From an uncultured Acidobacteriota bacterium (GTDB lineage Bacteria; Acidobacteriota; Thermoanaerobaculia; UBA5066; Gp7-AA6), in the NCBI GenBank assembly GCA_963763535.1, contig CAVXOX010000005.1, positions 27,605 to 91,604 on the forward strand: a stretch of 64,000 nucleotides of DNA, given 5' to 3'. Shown here piece by piece: positions 19,232 to 29,426 of the stretch. Positions within the stretch are counted from its first letter, which is position 1; every line of letters starts with the position of its first letter. Position numbers and translations under genes: made by a program. The notes beneath the pieces were generated by a model. The model saw nothing but the letters and a program-made list of their open reading frames with translations. It was not told where the DNA came from and made no database searches.

Positions 19232-19891
19232 CTACTTGCGGCCGGCGTAGTCCGCGAGAAAGGCGGAAAGCTCCGTGATCCGATCGAGCAGAGCGTCCGG
19301 CGCGAGCGCTTCGAGCGCTTCGCGCGGCCGCGAGCCGCCCGGCACCAGGACGATCGCGCAGCCGCCCGCCCGGGCGAACTCGAAGTCGACCTCCATGTCG
19401 CCGACGACCACGGTCTCCTCCGGCCGCGCGCCCGCGTCGGCGAGGAGGCGCCGGAGCATCGTCGGATCCGGCTTCGGCGGCGTCGCGTCGTCCGGTCCCC
19501 CGATGCCGCGGAAATGATGCGCGACCCCCTTCGCGTCGAGGATCAGGCGCGAGAAGCGCGGGGGTTTGTTCGAGGCGAGGGCCATCGCGTGACCCGACGC
19601 GGCGAGCGCCTCCAGGGTCTCGCGCGCGCCCGGCAGGAGATGCGATCGCTCGACGGCGACCTCGGGATACCGCTCGCGGAAGAGCCGCACGCCCTCCGTC
19701 GCGCGCGCGGGTCCGACCGCCTGCTCGAGGAGCCGCTCGAGGCCGTGGCCGACCATCGCGCGCACGGCGTCCGGCGTCGGCGCCGGCTCGCCGAGCCGCG
19801 CCATCGCGTACGCGAGCGCGTCGCCGATCGCCGCGTATCCGTCGATCAGGGTCCCGTCGAGATCGAAGACGACGAAGGGCGGCCGGCTCAA
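19232..19891 (-). CDS. HAD-superfamily hydrolase (phosphoglycolate-phosphatase-like)
   Basis: Motif I (FDLDGTL) and motif III (VVVGDMEVD) are present. A TTG start was chosen that overlaps the upstream stop. The long N-terminal extension in the ORF track is unsupported. Confidence 0.7.
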   Translation of the reverse strand: MSRPPFVVFDLDGTLIDGYAAIGDALAYAMARLGEPAPTPDAVRAMVGHGLERLLEQAVGPARATEGVRLFRERYPEVAVERSHLLPGARETLEALAASGHAMALASNKPPRFSRLILDAKGVAHHFRGIGGPDDATPPKPDPTMLRRLLADAGARPEETVVVGDMEVDFEFARAGGCAIVLVPGGSRPREALEALAPDALLDRITELSAFLADYAGRK

Positions 19892-21585
19892 GCCGTCTTC
19901 CGGCTCCCGCGCCCGCTCTCGCGGCTCTCGCGATCGAGGCCCGCCGCCCGCAGCACCGTCTCGACGATCGCCTCCCAGTCGCCGAACGACACGGTCGGCA
20001 CCGAGCCCTGGAAGGGCCCGTCGGAGATGCGCGCGACCGGCTCGACGACCTCGGGCCGCGAGACGCCCGTCCTCACGACCTCGATCTTCGGCATCGCGAG
20101 CGACTTGTACCCCTCGATCAGGACGAGGTCGCAGCCGCGGAACTCGCGGCGCAGGATCTCCGCGAGCGCCTCCTCCTCGCCGAAGCGCCGCGCCGTGGTC
20201 CGCGCCGGAGTCACGAGCGCGGCGACCCCGGCGCCGGCGGCGGCATGGCGCTGCGAGTCCTTCCCGGGCGTGTCGTCCTCGACGTCGCGGGTCGTGTGCT
20301 TGAGCGTCCCCACGACGAGCCCGCGCTCCTTCAGGCGCGGCACGAGCTCGACGAGGATCGACGTCTTCCCGGAGTCGTGGCCGCCCACGAAGGCGACGAC
20401 GGCGGGACGGCGGTCCGGATACAGCAGGTGCGGCTCGCGGCGCGGCCCGAAGTGACGGGCCGCCTCGAAGTGGCGGGCGATCTCGCCGCGCAGGCCCTCG
20501 CCCTCCTCGACCGCGCGGCGGAAGTCGGCCGAGCCCGTCAGCAGATCGATCGCCGGCCGCTCGTCGTACTCGTAGGGCTCCTTGCGCCAGCGGAAGTCGA
20601 GCGGCCCCGCCTTGCGAGCCGCCTCGATGACCCGCAGCCCGGTCTGGAACGGCCGGAAGGCGGCGCGGTCCGTCACGTGGAGGCGCGCGCCGCCGCAGGC
20701 CTTTCCGGCGTGCTTGTCGAACATCGGACGGAACTGCGCCGGGGCGAAGCGCACGCCCGCCAGCGCCAGCCCGTTCAGCGCGTCCGAGAAGGCGAACGCG
20801 TCGAGCCACGGCGCGCCGAAGACCTCGAAGGGCCGCGTCGTGCCGCGCCCCTCGGAGAGGTTCGTGCCCTCGAGGAGGCACATGCCCGGATAGGCGAGAG
20901 CCGTGTCGGTCGTCGGCATGTTCGGCGAGGGCGGCGTCCACGGCAGCCCGGCCTCCTCGTACGTGACGTCCCGGGCCCAGCCGGCGGCGGGCATCACGAC
21001 GAGATCGAGATCGAGCCGCCGCTCCGCCGCGAAGAGCCGCGCGAGCTCGCCCGCGGTCATGCCGTGGCGCACCGGGATCGGGTGGAGACCCACGAACGTG
21101 AGGTAGCCCGCCGAGGCGGGCGCGCCCTCGACCTCGCCGCCGATCGGGTTCGGCCGGTCGCACACGACGAAGCGCAGGCGCGCGGCGGCGCAGACCTCCA
21201 TCGCGAGGAGCATCGTCCACACGTAGGTGTAGTAGCGGCTCCCGACGTCGGCGACGTCGAACACGATCGCCTCGAGATCGGCGACGTGCTCGCGCTTCGG
21301 CTTGAGGCTCTCGGCCGTGGGCCCGTAGAGCGACACGACGGGCAGGCCCGACGGCGCGTGGACCGAGCCCTGCACCGCCTCCATGTACACCGCGCCGCCC
21401 TCGAGCCCGTGCTCGGGCCCGAAGAGCCGCACGAGCCGAACGTTCGGCGCCGCGCGGAGCGCCTTCCAGGTGGGCACTCCGGACGACGTCATCCCCGAGC
21501 CGTTGGTGATCAGGCCGACACGCTTGCCCGCGACGGGCCAGAGCCTCTCCAAGAGGACGTCGATGCCGAAACGCACGTCGGGCAT
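19888..21585 (-). CDS. In-frame fusion of DUF1343 (NamZ-type exo-beta-N-acetylmuramidase family, about 395 aa) with a molybdopterin-guanine dinucleotide biosynthesis MobB-like P-loop domain (about 165 aa)
   Basis: The N-terminal DUF1343 part has conserved blocks (GLITNGSG, CDRPNPIGG). The C-terminal part has a MobB-type Walker A (VGGHDSGKTSIL) and LIEGYK. No stop codon or plausible internal start separates the two parts. Confidence 0.75.
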   Translation of the reverse strand: MPDVRFGIDVLLERLWPVAGKRVGLITNGSGMTSSGVPTWKALRAAPNVRLVRLFGPEHGLEGGAVYMEAVQGSVHAPSGLPVVSLYGPTAESLKPKREHVADLEAIVFDVADVGSRYYTYVWTMLLAMEVCAAARLRFVVCDRPNPIGGEVEGAPASAGYLTFVGLHPIPVRHGMTAGELARLFAAERRLDLDLVVMPAAGWARDVTYEEAGLPWTPPSPNMPTTDTALAYPGMCLLEGTNLSEGRGTTRPFEVFGAPWLDAFAFSDALNGLALAGVRFAPAQFRPMFDKHAGKACGGARLHVTDRAAFRPFQTGLRVIEAARKAGPLDFRWRKEPYEYDERPAIDLLTGSADFRRAVEEGEGLRGEIARHFEAARHFGPRREPHLLYPDRRPAVVAFVGGHDSGKTSILVELVPRLKERGLVVGTLKHTTRDVEDDTPGKDSQRHAAAGAGVAALVTPARTTARRFGEEEALAEILRREFRGCDLVLIEGYKSLAMPKIEVVRTGVSRPEVVEPVARISDGPFQGSVPTVSFGDWEAIVETVLRAAGLDRESRESGRGSRKTA

Positions 21586-21598
21586 TGTCCGAAGGATA

Positions 21599-22105
21599 TT
21601 AGCCCGAAGCGCCGGGATGGTCGGGCCGCTCGCCCCGCGCGAGCGCCACGGCGTGCGGGAGGAGCGGCAGGATCGCCGTCAGGCAGTCCGCCGCGCCCTT
21701 CGGCGAGCCGGGCAGCGCGACGACGAGCGTCCGCCGCGCGACGCCGACGACCTGCCGCGAGAGGTACGCGGCCGGAAATCCTCGTCCCGTGTCCGAGCGC
21801 ATCTTCTCCGCGAGGCCGGGCACCTCGAAGTCGAGCACGGCGCGCACGCCCTCGGGGGTACGGTCCCGCGGCGCGACGCCGGTGCCGCCGGTCAGGACGA
21901 TCAAATCCGCGTCGTCCGCCTCGACGCGCTCGCGGAGCGCGCGCGAAACCTCGGCGGCGCCGTCGGGGATGGTCGCCCGGTGGACGACCCGGTGCGCCAC
22001 GCCCGAACGGGCGAGCGCCTCCTCGCAGGCCGGTCCGCCGCGGTCCTCGCGTGCGCCCGCCGAGACGCCGTCCGAGACCGTCAGGATCGCGACCCGCAGC
22101 GACAC
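21599..22105 (-). CDS. moaB: Molybdenum cofactor biosynthesis protein MoaB/MogA family
   Basis: MoCF_biosynth domain (ILTVSDG...LIVLTGGTG...ALPGSP). Confidence 0.85.
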   Translation of the reverse strand: MSLRVAILTVSDGVSAGAREDRGGPACEEALARSGVAHRVVHRATIPDGAAEVSRALRERVEADDADLIVLTGGTGVAPRDRTPEGVRAVLDFEVPGLAEKMRSDTGRGFPAAYLSRQVVGVARRTLVVALPGSPKGAADCLTAILPLLPHAVALARGERPDHPGASG

Positions 22106-22125
22106 ACCGTTAATATAGACCGCCC

Positions 22126-23148
22126 ATGGCCACGCTCGACCGCTTCGGCCGCCGGCCCGGCAACCTGCGCCTCTCGGTGACCGACCGCTGCAACCTCCGC
22201 TGTGCGTACTGCATGCCCGAGCGCGAGTACGTCTGGCTGCCGCGCAAGGACATCCTCGACTTCGAGGAGATCGGCCGGCTCGCCGACGTCTTCGGGTCGC
22301 TCGGCACGGACCGGATCCGGCTGACGGGCGGCGAGCCGCTCGTGCGACACGACCTGCCCCGGCTCGTGGAGCTCCTGGCCGCGAAACCGTGGCTGCGCGA
22401 CCTCGCCATGACGACCAATGGCGTGCTCCTCGCCGACCATGCCGCCGCGCTCTTCCGGGCCGGCCTCCACCGGGTCACCGTCAGCCTCGACACGCTCCGG
22501 CCGGACCGGTTCCGCGAGCTCGCGCGGTTCGACGAGCTGCCCCGCGTGCTGCGCGGCATCGAGGCCGCCCGGGACGCGGGGTTCCGGTCGCTGAAGCTCG
22601 ACACGGTCGTCATCCGCGGCGTCAACGACGACGAAATCGTGCCGCTGCTCTCCCGCGCGCGGGAGTGGGGCGCGGAGATCCGCTTCATCGAGTACATGGA
22701 CGTCGGCGGTGCGACCCACTGGTCGCGCGAGCGTGTCTTCCCGCGGGCCGAGATCCTGCGGACGATCGCCGCGGCGTTCGGCGAGGCCGCCCCCGTCGCG
22801 GAGACCACGACCGCGCCCGCGGAGCGCTTCCGCCTGCCCGACGGGACGACGTTCGGCGTCATCGCGTCGACGACGGCGCCGTTCTGCGCGTCCTGCGACC
22901 GCAGCCGGCTCACCGCCGACGGCCTCTGGTACCTCTGCCTCTACGCGCCGCGGGGACTCGATCTCCGCAAGCCGCTCCGGGAGGGCGCGTCCGAGGCGGA
23001 CCTGCGCGCGCTGATCGCCGGGACGTGGAGGGCGCGTGAAGACCGCGGCGCGGAAGAGCGGCTGGGTCTCCGCTCGCGCGCGCCGCTCGTGCCGCTCGTC
23101 GAGCTGAAGAAGGACCCGCACCTGGAGATGCACACCCGGGGCGGGTAG
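22126..23148 (+). CDS. moaA: GTP 3',8-cyclase MoaA (radical SAM)
   Basis: CNLRCAYC radical-SAM cluster motif, GGEPL, and a C-terminal second-cluster CASC motif. Confidence 0.92.
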   Translation: MATLDRFGRRPGNLRLSVTDRCNLRCAYCMPEREYVWLPRKDILDFEEIGRLADVFGSLGTDRIRLTGGEPLVRHDLPRLVELLAAKPWLRDLAMTTNGVLLADHAAALFRAGLHRVTVSLDTLRPDRFRELARFDELPRVLRGIEAARDAGFRSLKLDTVVIRGVNDDEIVPLLSRAREWGAEIRFIEYMDVGGATHWSRERVFPRAEILRTIAAAFGEAAPVAETTTAPAERFRLPDGTTFGVIASTTAPFCASCDRSRLTADGLWYLCLYAPRGLDLRKPLREGASEADLRALIAGTWRAREDRGAEERLGLRSRAPLVPLVELKKDPHLEMHTRGG

Positions 23149-23152
23149 CGCC

Positions 23153-24053
23153 TCAGGGCACCTCCATCCACCCCTCGGCGACGAGGACGCTCGTGCCGCC
23201 GATCCGCGCCTCGACGACCGCGCCTCCCCGCTTCTCGACCCGCGCCTCGAGCACGCTCGGGCGGCCCATCTCGACGCCCTGGGCGATGCGCCACCGGAAC
23301 GCGCCGTCCGGCTTCGCGTCGAAGTGCGCGAGCGCCGCGGCGAGCGCCACGTTGGCGCTGCCGGTCGCCGGATCCTCCGGGACGCCGTCCTTCGGCGCGA
23401 ACATCCGCGTGCGGAGGTCGAAGTCGTCGCCGCTCCGGACGTAGAGGTGCACGTCCGCCGGCACGCCGGCGGCCACCAGGGCGTCGACCCCGGCCGGGTC
23501 CGAGCGGGCGCGCTCGAGGGCGTCGCGGGAGACGAGCTCCGCGAAGAGAAACGGCAGACCGACCGAGAACGCCGTCGGCGCGTGGACGGCCGTCCGCACG
23601 TCCCGCGCCTCGAGCGAGACCGCCGCCGCGAGCGTCTCCGGCGAGACGCTCTTTCCTATCGACAGCGGCTCGGGCGCGGACAGCTCGCAGGCGATCGCCC
23701 CGCCGGCGCGCCGCTCGATCGTGATCGGGGACGAGCCCCGCCTTCTCCTCGAAGACGACCGTCCGCACGCCGGCGAGCGGACCGAGCTCTCCCGAGACCG
23801 CCAGCGCGAACGCGGTCCCGACGTTCGGGTGGCCGGCGAACGGCACCTCGATCGAGGGCGTGAAGATGCGTACGCGCCGGGTGTTCCCGAGCTCCGGCGG
23901 CAGCACGAACGAGGTCTCGGAGAAGTTGAACTCCCGCGCGATGCGCTGCATCTGCGCGTCCGAGAGCCCGCGGGCGTCGGGCAGGACCGCCAGCGGGTTG
24001 CCGCCGAAGATCGCGTCGGTGAAGACGTCGCAGTGCAGGTAGCGAAGGCGCAT
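23153..24053 (-). pseudogene. PhzF-family (phenazine biosynthesis-like, DAP-epimerase fold) gene disrupted by a +1 frameshift
   Basis: The N-terminal half ([13 protein letters not shown]...PFAGHPNVG) is in one frame from 24053. The C-terminal half (...[26 protein letters not shown]...) is in another frame. The junction is at the homopolymer GGGG at 23727-23730. Confidence 0.7.
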
Positions 24054-24061
24054 GGCGCCGC

Positions 24062-24613
24062 CTAGGACCGGCGGTACGGGCCCGAGCGGCCGCCGCTCTT
24101 CTCGACCAGCACGATCTCGCGGATCGTGGCGCCGCGGTCGAGCGCCTTGACCATGTCGTAGAGCGCGAGGCACGCGGCGGCGACCGCGGTCAGCGCCTCC
24201 ATCTCGACGCCGGTCTTGCCGGTGATGCGCGCGGTCGCCGTCACGACCGCCTCCCGCCTGGGCCTCGAGAGCGCGACGTCGACCTCCACGGACTCGAGCG
24301 CGAGCGGGTGGCACAGCGGCACGATCTCCGACGTGCGCTTGGCCGCCTGGATGCCGGCGACCCGGGCCACCGCGAGCGCGTCGCCCTTCGCGAGCCGTCC
24401 GCCGGCGAGCGCCTCGAAGGCCGCCGCGCCGAGCCCGACGACGCCGCGCGCAACCGCGACGCGGCGCGTCGCTCCCTTCTTTCCGACGTCGACCATGCGC
24501 GCGCGGCCGCGGGCGTCCACGTGCAGGACGCTCCGGCGGAGCGGCTCCGTGCGCCTCGGCCGCGCGGGCCGCTCGCGGCGGCGGGGCTTCTCGGGCTCGT
24601 CCGAGTCGCTCAT
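24062..24613 (-). CDS. moaC: Cyclic pyranopterin monophosphate synthase MoaC
   Basis: MoaC fold ([15 protein letters not shown]...VPLCHPL...[11 protein letters not shown]). Confidence 0.9.
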   Translation of the reverse strand: MSDSDEPEKPRRRERPARPRRTEPLRRSVLHVDARGRARMVDVGKKGATRRVAVARGVVGLGAAAFEALAGGRLAKGDALAVARVAGIQAAKRTSEIVPLCHPLALESVEVDVALSRPRREAVVTATARITGKTGVEMEALTAVAAACLALYDMVKALDRGATIREIVLVEKSGGRSGPYRRS

Positions 24614-25200
24614 GCCCGCTCCCGCAGCGCCGCCCAGTCCTCGAGCGTGTTCAGGTTCGCGAACGCGGTGCCCGAGGGGTCGATGGCCGCCCACTCGGCT
24701 TCGTCGAAGATCTCCGCCCCGACCGCCTCGGCCAGCCCATACAGCGACAGGTCGCCGCGCGCGATCCGCCGGGCGGCCTCGTCCGCCGCGGCCCTCCGCC
24801 AGACGCCGGCGAGGGGCTGAAGCCGGCCGTCCGCCCGCGGGAGCACGGCCGCGGCGTCCGAGGAGAGCCCGCGCCGGGCGATCGCGGCGAGGAGCGCCGG
24901 CGTGACGGCCGGCAGGTCCACCGCGAGCACGAAGATGCGGTCGCGCGCCTCCGCGAGGGCGCGGACCAGCCCATGGATCGCCGCGTGCTCGGGCGCCGCG
25001 TCGGTGACGACGCGGGCGGGACCGACCGGGAACGCCGGCCGTTCCTTCGCGACGACGAGGACCTCCTCGAAGAGCGCCGCGAGGCGGGTCGTCTGGAACT
25101 CGAGGAGCGTCGTCGCGCCATACGGCAGCGCGGCCTTCGGGCGCCCCATTCTCCGCGAGGCGCCGCCCGCGAGCACGGCGGCCGGCATCGGCAGCGTCAT
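24610..25200 (-). CDS. mobA: Molybdenum cofactor guanylyltransferase MobA
   Basis: N-terminal [10 protein letters not shown] nucleotide-binding motif. The stop overlaps the moaC start (ATGA). Confidence 0.85.
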   Translation of the reverse strand: MTLPMPAAVLAGGASRRMGRPKAALPYGATTLLEFQTTRLAALFEEVLVVAKERPAFPVGPARVVTDAAPEHAAIHGLVRALAEARDRIFVLAVDLPAVTPALLAAIARRGLSSDAAAVLPRADGRLQPLAGVWRRAAADEAARRIARGDLSLYGLAEAVGAEIFDEAEWAAIDPSGTAFANLNTLEDWAALRERA

Positions 25201-25263
25201 TCGAAGCGGATGCTACATCCCCCGGCAGGCTCGCGCGCGAGGACGACGGCGAAGGCGACCCGG

Positions 25264-26109
25264 CTACTTCTCCGATCCGCCGCCGAGGATGATCGGGAGC
25301 CCGGTCTTCGGGTTGCCGACGACGACGACCTTCGCGTTCGGGCTCATCGCGAGCTTCTCCGTCGCCTCGATGCCTTTCCACTCGAGCAGCTGCGGCGAGA
25401 TCCCCTGGGCCACGATCTTCTGGAAATCGGCGATGCCCTGGGCTTCGATGCGCTTGCGCTCGGCCTCCTGCTGCTCCTTGGCGAGGACGAACTTCATCTG
25501 CTCGGACTCCTGCTCGCGCTTCAGCTTCTCCTGGATCGCGTTGGCCACGATCGCCGGCAGGCCGATCTTCCGGAGCAGGACGGAGTCGATGATGACGCCG
25601 CGGCCGTCGGTCATCTTCTTGACGAGGTCCTGGGTCTCCCGCGCCACCTTTTCGCGCTCGGAGGAGTACAGCGCCTTGGCGTCGTAGGACGCCGTGATCT
25701 CCCGGATGGCCGAGCGCACCTGCGGAATGACGATGATCTCGGCGAAGTTGGCGCCCACCGTCTTGTAGACCTCGGCGGCCTTCGCCGGGTCGAGGCGATA
25801 GAGGACCGAGCCCTCGAGGTCCATCATGAGGCCCTCCTTGGACGGGACCTCCGCCGTCTCCTTCAGCTCCTCCGTCCGGATCGACATCTTGTGGACGCGG
25901 GTGAACGGCACGATCAGGTGGACGCCGGGCGGCAGGACGTTCGGGGAGACGCTGCCGAAGAAGTCCTTCACGCCCACGTGGCCGGCCGGGACGACCGTGA
26001 TCGGACCGCCGATCGCGACCAGCACGACGACGATGAGGAGGAGGATCGCGTTGCGCGCGAGGCGCGGGTTGGTGCCCGCGTTGGGAACGATCTCGAAGGT
26101 CTTGGCCAT
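25264..26109 (-). CDS. SPFH / band-7 (prohibitin/HflC-like) membrane protein
   Basis: N-terminal transmembrane helix, SPFH domain and a C-terminal coiled-coil (EQQEAERKRIEAQ). Confidence 0.85.
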   Translation of the reverse strand: MAKTFEIVPNAGTNPRLARNAILLLIVVVLVAIGGPITVVPAGHVGVKDFFGSVSPNVLPPGVHLIVPFTRVHKMSIRTEELKETAEVPSKEGLMMDLEGSVLYRLDPAKAAEVYKTVGANFAEIIVIPQVRSAIREITASYDAKALYSSEREKVARETQDLVKKMTDGRGVIIDSVLLRKIGLPAIVANAIQEKLKREQESEQMKFVLAKEQQEAERKRIEAQGIADFQKIVAQGISPQLLEWKGIEATEKLAMSPNAKVVVVGNPKTGLPIILGGGSEK

Positions 26110-26163
26110 GTGTCCTCCTAGGGTCGAGACGGACGGCGGGAAGAGGGGAACGGGGACTCCGGC

Positions 26164-27384
26164 CTAGACGAGCTTCAGCAGGTGCCCCATCTTGTTCTTC
26201 TTCGCCTCGAGGTACTTGCGGGAGCGGTCGGTCGGATGGACTTCGAGCGGCACGCGCTCGATGATCTCGAGGCCGTAGCCGTCGATCGCGACGTACTTCG
26301 ACGGGTTGTTCGTCATCAGGCGCATCTTGCGGACGCCGAGGTCGCGCAGGATCTGACAACCCACGCCGTAGTTGCGGATGTCCGGCGGGAAGCCGAGCTT
26401 CTCGTTGGCCGAGACCGTGTCGTGGCCCTGGTCCTGGAGCTCGTACGCCTTCAGCTTGTTCAGGAGCCCGATGCCCCGCCCCTCCTGCAGGAGGTACAGG
26501 AACACGCCGCGACCCGCCTCGACGATCTTCTCCATCGCGAGCTCGAGCTGCTCGCCGCAGTCGCAGCGCGCGGAGCCGAAGACGTCCCCGGTCAGGCACT
26601 GCGAGTGGACGCGCACGAGCGTCGGCTCGTCCTCCCGGATCTCGCCGTGGACGAGCGCGAGGTGCTCCTCGTGCGTGACGTCGCTGCGGTACGCGAAGAG
26701 GCGGAATTCGCCGAGGCGCGTCGGCAGGTGCGGCGCCGCGATCCGCTCGACCAGCCGCTCGGTCTTCATGCGGTAGCGGATCAGGTCGGCGACCGTGACC
26801 ATCCGGAGGCCGTGACGCGCGCAGAACTTCGCGAGGTCGGGCACACGCGCCATCGTGCCGTCCTCGTTCATGACCTCGCAGAGGACCGCGGAGGGATTCA
26901 GCCCGGCGATCCGCGCGAGATCGACCGAGGCCTCGGTCTGGCCCGCCCGCTTCAACACGCCGCCGCGCTGGGCGCGGAGCGGGAACATGTGGCCGGGACG
27001 GTTCAGGTCGGACGGCCCGGTCGCGGGATCGATCGCGGTCTTCACCGTCGCCGCGCGATCGGCCGCCGAGATCCCGGTCGTCGTCCGGCCGCGGGCCTCG
27101 ATCGAGACGGTGAAGGCGGTGCCGAAGTTCGACGTGTTCTCCGAGACCATCGGAGGCAGTTCGAGCGCGTCGCAGCGCTCCTCGGTCAGCGCGAGGCAGA
27201 TCAGGCCGCGGCCCTCGCGGGCCATGAAGTTGATCGCCTCGGCGGTCACCTTCTCGGCCGGGAGCACGAGATCGCCCTCGTTCTCGCGGTCCTCGTCGTC
27301 GACGACGACGACGAACTTTCCCGCCTTCAGGTCCTCGATCGCCTGCGCGATGGAGGCGAAGGGGGAATCCGGTGAATTCGGCAT
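26164..27384 (-). CDS. ribBA: Bifunctional 3,4-dihydroxy-2-butanone-4-phosphate synthase / GTP cyclohydrolase II
   Basis: RibB half (DDEDRENEGDL) and RibA half with zinc-ligand cysteines (CLTGDVFGSARCDCG). Confidence 0.92.
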   Translation of the reverse strand: MPNSPDSPFASIAQAIEDLKAGKFVVVVDDEDRENEGDLVLPAEKVTAEAINFMAREGRGLICLALTEERCDALELPPMVSENTSNFGTAFTVSIEARGRTTTGISAADRAATVKTAIDPATGPSDLNRPGHMFPLRAQRGGVLKRAGQTEASVDLARIAGLNPSAVLCEVMNEDGTMARVPDLAKFCARHGLRMVTVADLIRYRMKTERLVERIAAPHLPTRLGEFRLFAYRSDVTHEEHLALVHGEIREDEPTLVRVHSQCLTGDVFGSARCDCGEQLELAMEKIVEAGRGVFLYLLQEGRGIGLLNKLKAYELQDQGHDTVSANEKLGFPPDIRNYGVGCQILRDLGVRKMRLMTNNPSKYVAIDGYGLEIIERVPLEVHPTDRSRKYLEAKKNKMGHLLKLV

Positions 27385-27496
27385 CCCGTCATCTTCTCAC
27401 GAGAGGCACAAACTGCTGATTTTGAGAGCCATTGCCTGCTCTCAGCGCGGCGTCCGGGGAACGCGGACGACGGCGATGCGCTCCGCTCTGAATTCC

Positions 27497-27614
27497 CTCT
27501 CCCCCCGCACCGCGGGGGGAGAGGGTGAGGGTGAGGGGGGCGACACGATCCGCCGTGCGGCTCGAGGAAGGGTTGGGGCTCCCCTCACCCCGTCCCTCTC
27601 CCGCCGGGAGAGGG
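27497..27614. repeat. Two GC-only perfect hairpins and a G-tract run between the methylmalonyl-CoA mutase stop and the ribBA start
   Basis: Hairpin 1 is CTCTCCCCCCGC-acc-GCGGGGGGAGAG at 27497-27523 (12-bp stem). It is followed by GGGTGAGGGTGAGGGGGG, four or more G-tracts with G4 potential, through 27540. Hairpin 2 is CCCTCTCCC-gcc-GGGAGAGGG at 27594-27614. Confidence 0.6.
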
Positions 27615-27665
27615 AGCCCTATTGGATGCCCGCGGCTGAGAGAGCTCTGCCGGACGCGGCCCGCC

Positions 27666-29351
27666 TCAGAAAACCGCCGGCTCCTCGTAGGTCGCGAAGA
27701 CCTCGCGCATGACGTCCGAGATCTCGCCCACGGTCGCGTAGGTCTTGACCGCCTCGACGAGCGGGGGCATGACGTTCTTCCCGTCCGCGCATGCCTGCCG
27801 GAGCGTGGACAGCGCCGACGTCACCGCCCGCCCGTCGCGGGACCGGCGGAGGGCCGAAACCGCCGCCTTCTGCTCGCCCTCGACCGCATCGTCGATGTAG
27901 AGCGTCTCGAGCGGGTGCTCGTCGTCGTTGTCCACGAAGTCGTTGACGCCGACGATGACCTTCTGTCCCCTGTCGACCGCGCGCTGGTAGGCGTACGCGG
28001 CGTCCATGATCTCCCGCTGCGGGAAGCCCGCCTCGATCGCCTCGACCATGCCGCCGAGCTCGTCGATGCGGCGGAAGTAGTCGAAGCAGCCGCGCTCCAT
28101 CTTCGACGTCAGGTCCTCCATGAAGTAGGACCCGCCGAAGGGGTCGATCGTGTTGGCGACGCCGGACTCGTGCGCGAGGATCTGCTGCGTCCGCAACGCG
28201 ATCTTCACCGCGAAGTCCGTCGGCAGCGCGAGCGTCTCGTCGAGCGAGTTCGTGTGGAGGGAGTTCGTCCCGCCGAGCACGCCGGCGAGCGCCTGGATCG
28301 CCGTGCGCACGACGTTGTTGAACGGCTGCTGCGCCGTCAGCGAGCAGCCGGCGGTCTGCGTGTGGAAGCGGCACATCCACGAGCGCGGATCCTTGGCGCC
28401 GAAGCGCTCGCGCATCGTCTTCGCCCACACGCGCCGCGCGGCGCGGAACTTGGCGATCTCCTCGTAGAAGTCGTTGTGCGAGTTGAAGAAGAAAGAGAGC
28501 CGCGGCGCGAACTCGTCGACCGGAAGCCCGGCGTCGATGCCGTACTGCACGTACTCGACGCCGTCGCGCAGCGTGAACGCGAGCTCCTGGAGCGCCGTCG
28601 AGCCCGCCTCGCGGATGTGGTATCCGGAGATCGAGATCGTGTTCCACTTCGGCACGTGCTTCGCGCAGAACGAGAACTGGTCCGTGATCAGCCGCATCGA
28701 GGGCCGCGGCGGGAAGATGTATTCCTTCTGCGCGATGTACTCCTTCAGGATGTCGTTCTGGAGGGTGCCGCCGACCTTCTCCCACGGCGTGCCGTGCTTC
28801 TCGGCGACGGCGAGGTACATCGCGAGCGCGATCGGCGCGGTCGAGTTGATCGTCATCGACGTCGTGACGCGGCCGAGGTCGATCCCGTCGAAGAGGACCT
28901 CCATGTCGCGGAGCGAGTCGATCGCGACGCCGCACTTGCCGACCTCGCCCTTCGCCATCTCGTGGTCCGAGTCGTAGCCGTACAAGGTCGGCAGGTGGAA
29001 CGCGGTCGAGAGCCCCGTCTGGCCGTGCTCGAGGAGGTAATGGAACCGCGCGTTGGTCTGCTTCGCCGTGCCGAAGCCGGCGAACTGGCGCATCGTCCAG
29101 AGCTTGCCGCGGTAGCCGGTCGGGTGGACCCCGCGGGTGAAGGGGTACTCGCCCGGCCAGCCGAGGTCCCGCTCGAAATCGAAGCCGGGCCGCGTGTCCG
29201 GGCCCGCGAGCGGCTCGACCGGCGCTCCGGAGACCGTCGTCCAGTCCTTCTTCCAGGCCTCGGCCTTCGAAAGTGACTTCTCCGACGCCTTCTTCCAGCG
29301 ATCGCGTCCCGCGGCGACCGACTCCGGGACGAGGGGATCTTTTTCGCTCAT
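27666..29351 (-). CDS. Methylmalonyl-CoA mutase family protein, catalytic (alpha, N-terminal) subunit with no fused B12-binding domain
   Basis: Full MM_CoA_mutase TIM-barrel domain. It ends before the cobalamin-binding module. No partner B12-binding subunit gene is adjacent. Confidence 0.88.
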   Translation of the reverse strand: MSEKDPLVPESVAAGRDRWKKASEKSLSKAEAWKKDWTTVSGAPVEPLAGPDTRPGFDFERDLGWPGEYPFTRGVHPTGYRGKLWTMRQFAGFGTAKQTNARFHYLLEHGQTGLSTAFHLPTLYGYDSDHEMAKGEVGKCGVAIDSLRDMEVLFDGIDLGRVTTSMTINSTAPIALAMYLAVAEKHGTPWEKVGGTLQNDILKEYIAQKEYIFPPRPSMRLITDQFSFCAKHVPKWNTISISGYHIREAGSTALQELAFTLRDGVEYVQYGIDAGLPVDEFAPRLSFFFNSHNDFYEEIAKFRAARRVWAKTMRERFGAKDPRSWMCRFHTQTAGCSLTAQQPFNNVVRTAIQALAGVLGGTNSLHTNSLDETLALPTDFAVKIALRTQQILAHESGVANTIDPFGGSYFMEDLTSKMERGCFDYFRRIDELGGMVEAIEAGFPQREIMDAAYAYQRAVDRGQKVIVGVNDFVDNDDEHPLETLYIDDAVEGEQKAAVSALRRSRDGRAVTSALSTLRQACADGKNVMPPLVEAVKTYATVGEISDVMREVFATYEEPAVF

Positions 29352-29426
29352 AGGACTCGAATGATACGTCGTGGCCGGCCCTCGCGGCGCGGGGCCTCAT
29401 ATAAACTGAAGACCGGAGCCGTTCCG

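Noticed and set aside
20395-20440. An internal GTG start that would split the DUF1343-MobB ORF into two genes.
   Set aside because: The only in-frame GTG lies inside the P-loop (FVGGHDSGKT). A protein starting there would lack the beginning of the MobB fold, so the fusion reading was retained.
22106-22125. A molybdenum cofactor riboswitch between moaB and moaA.
   Set aside because: The gap is only 20 bp between divergent start codons, which leaves no room for an RNA element of about 140 nt.
27385-27665. An FMN (RFN) riboswitch was expected upstream of ribBA.
   Set aside because: The reverse-complement leader lacks the conserved GGGUGAAAUUCCC, ACCGGCGG, GCCGAC and GGAUGGGAGA blocks. Only a weak GGAATTCAG resemblance is present.
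29352-29426. A cobalamin riboswitch upstream of the methylmalonyl-CoA mutase gene.
   Set aside because: The intergenic region is only 75 bp and has no B12-box (GCCACTG-like) motif. It more likely holds divergent promoters, and an AT-rich TATAAA is present.
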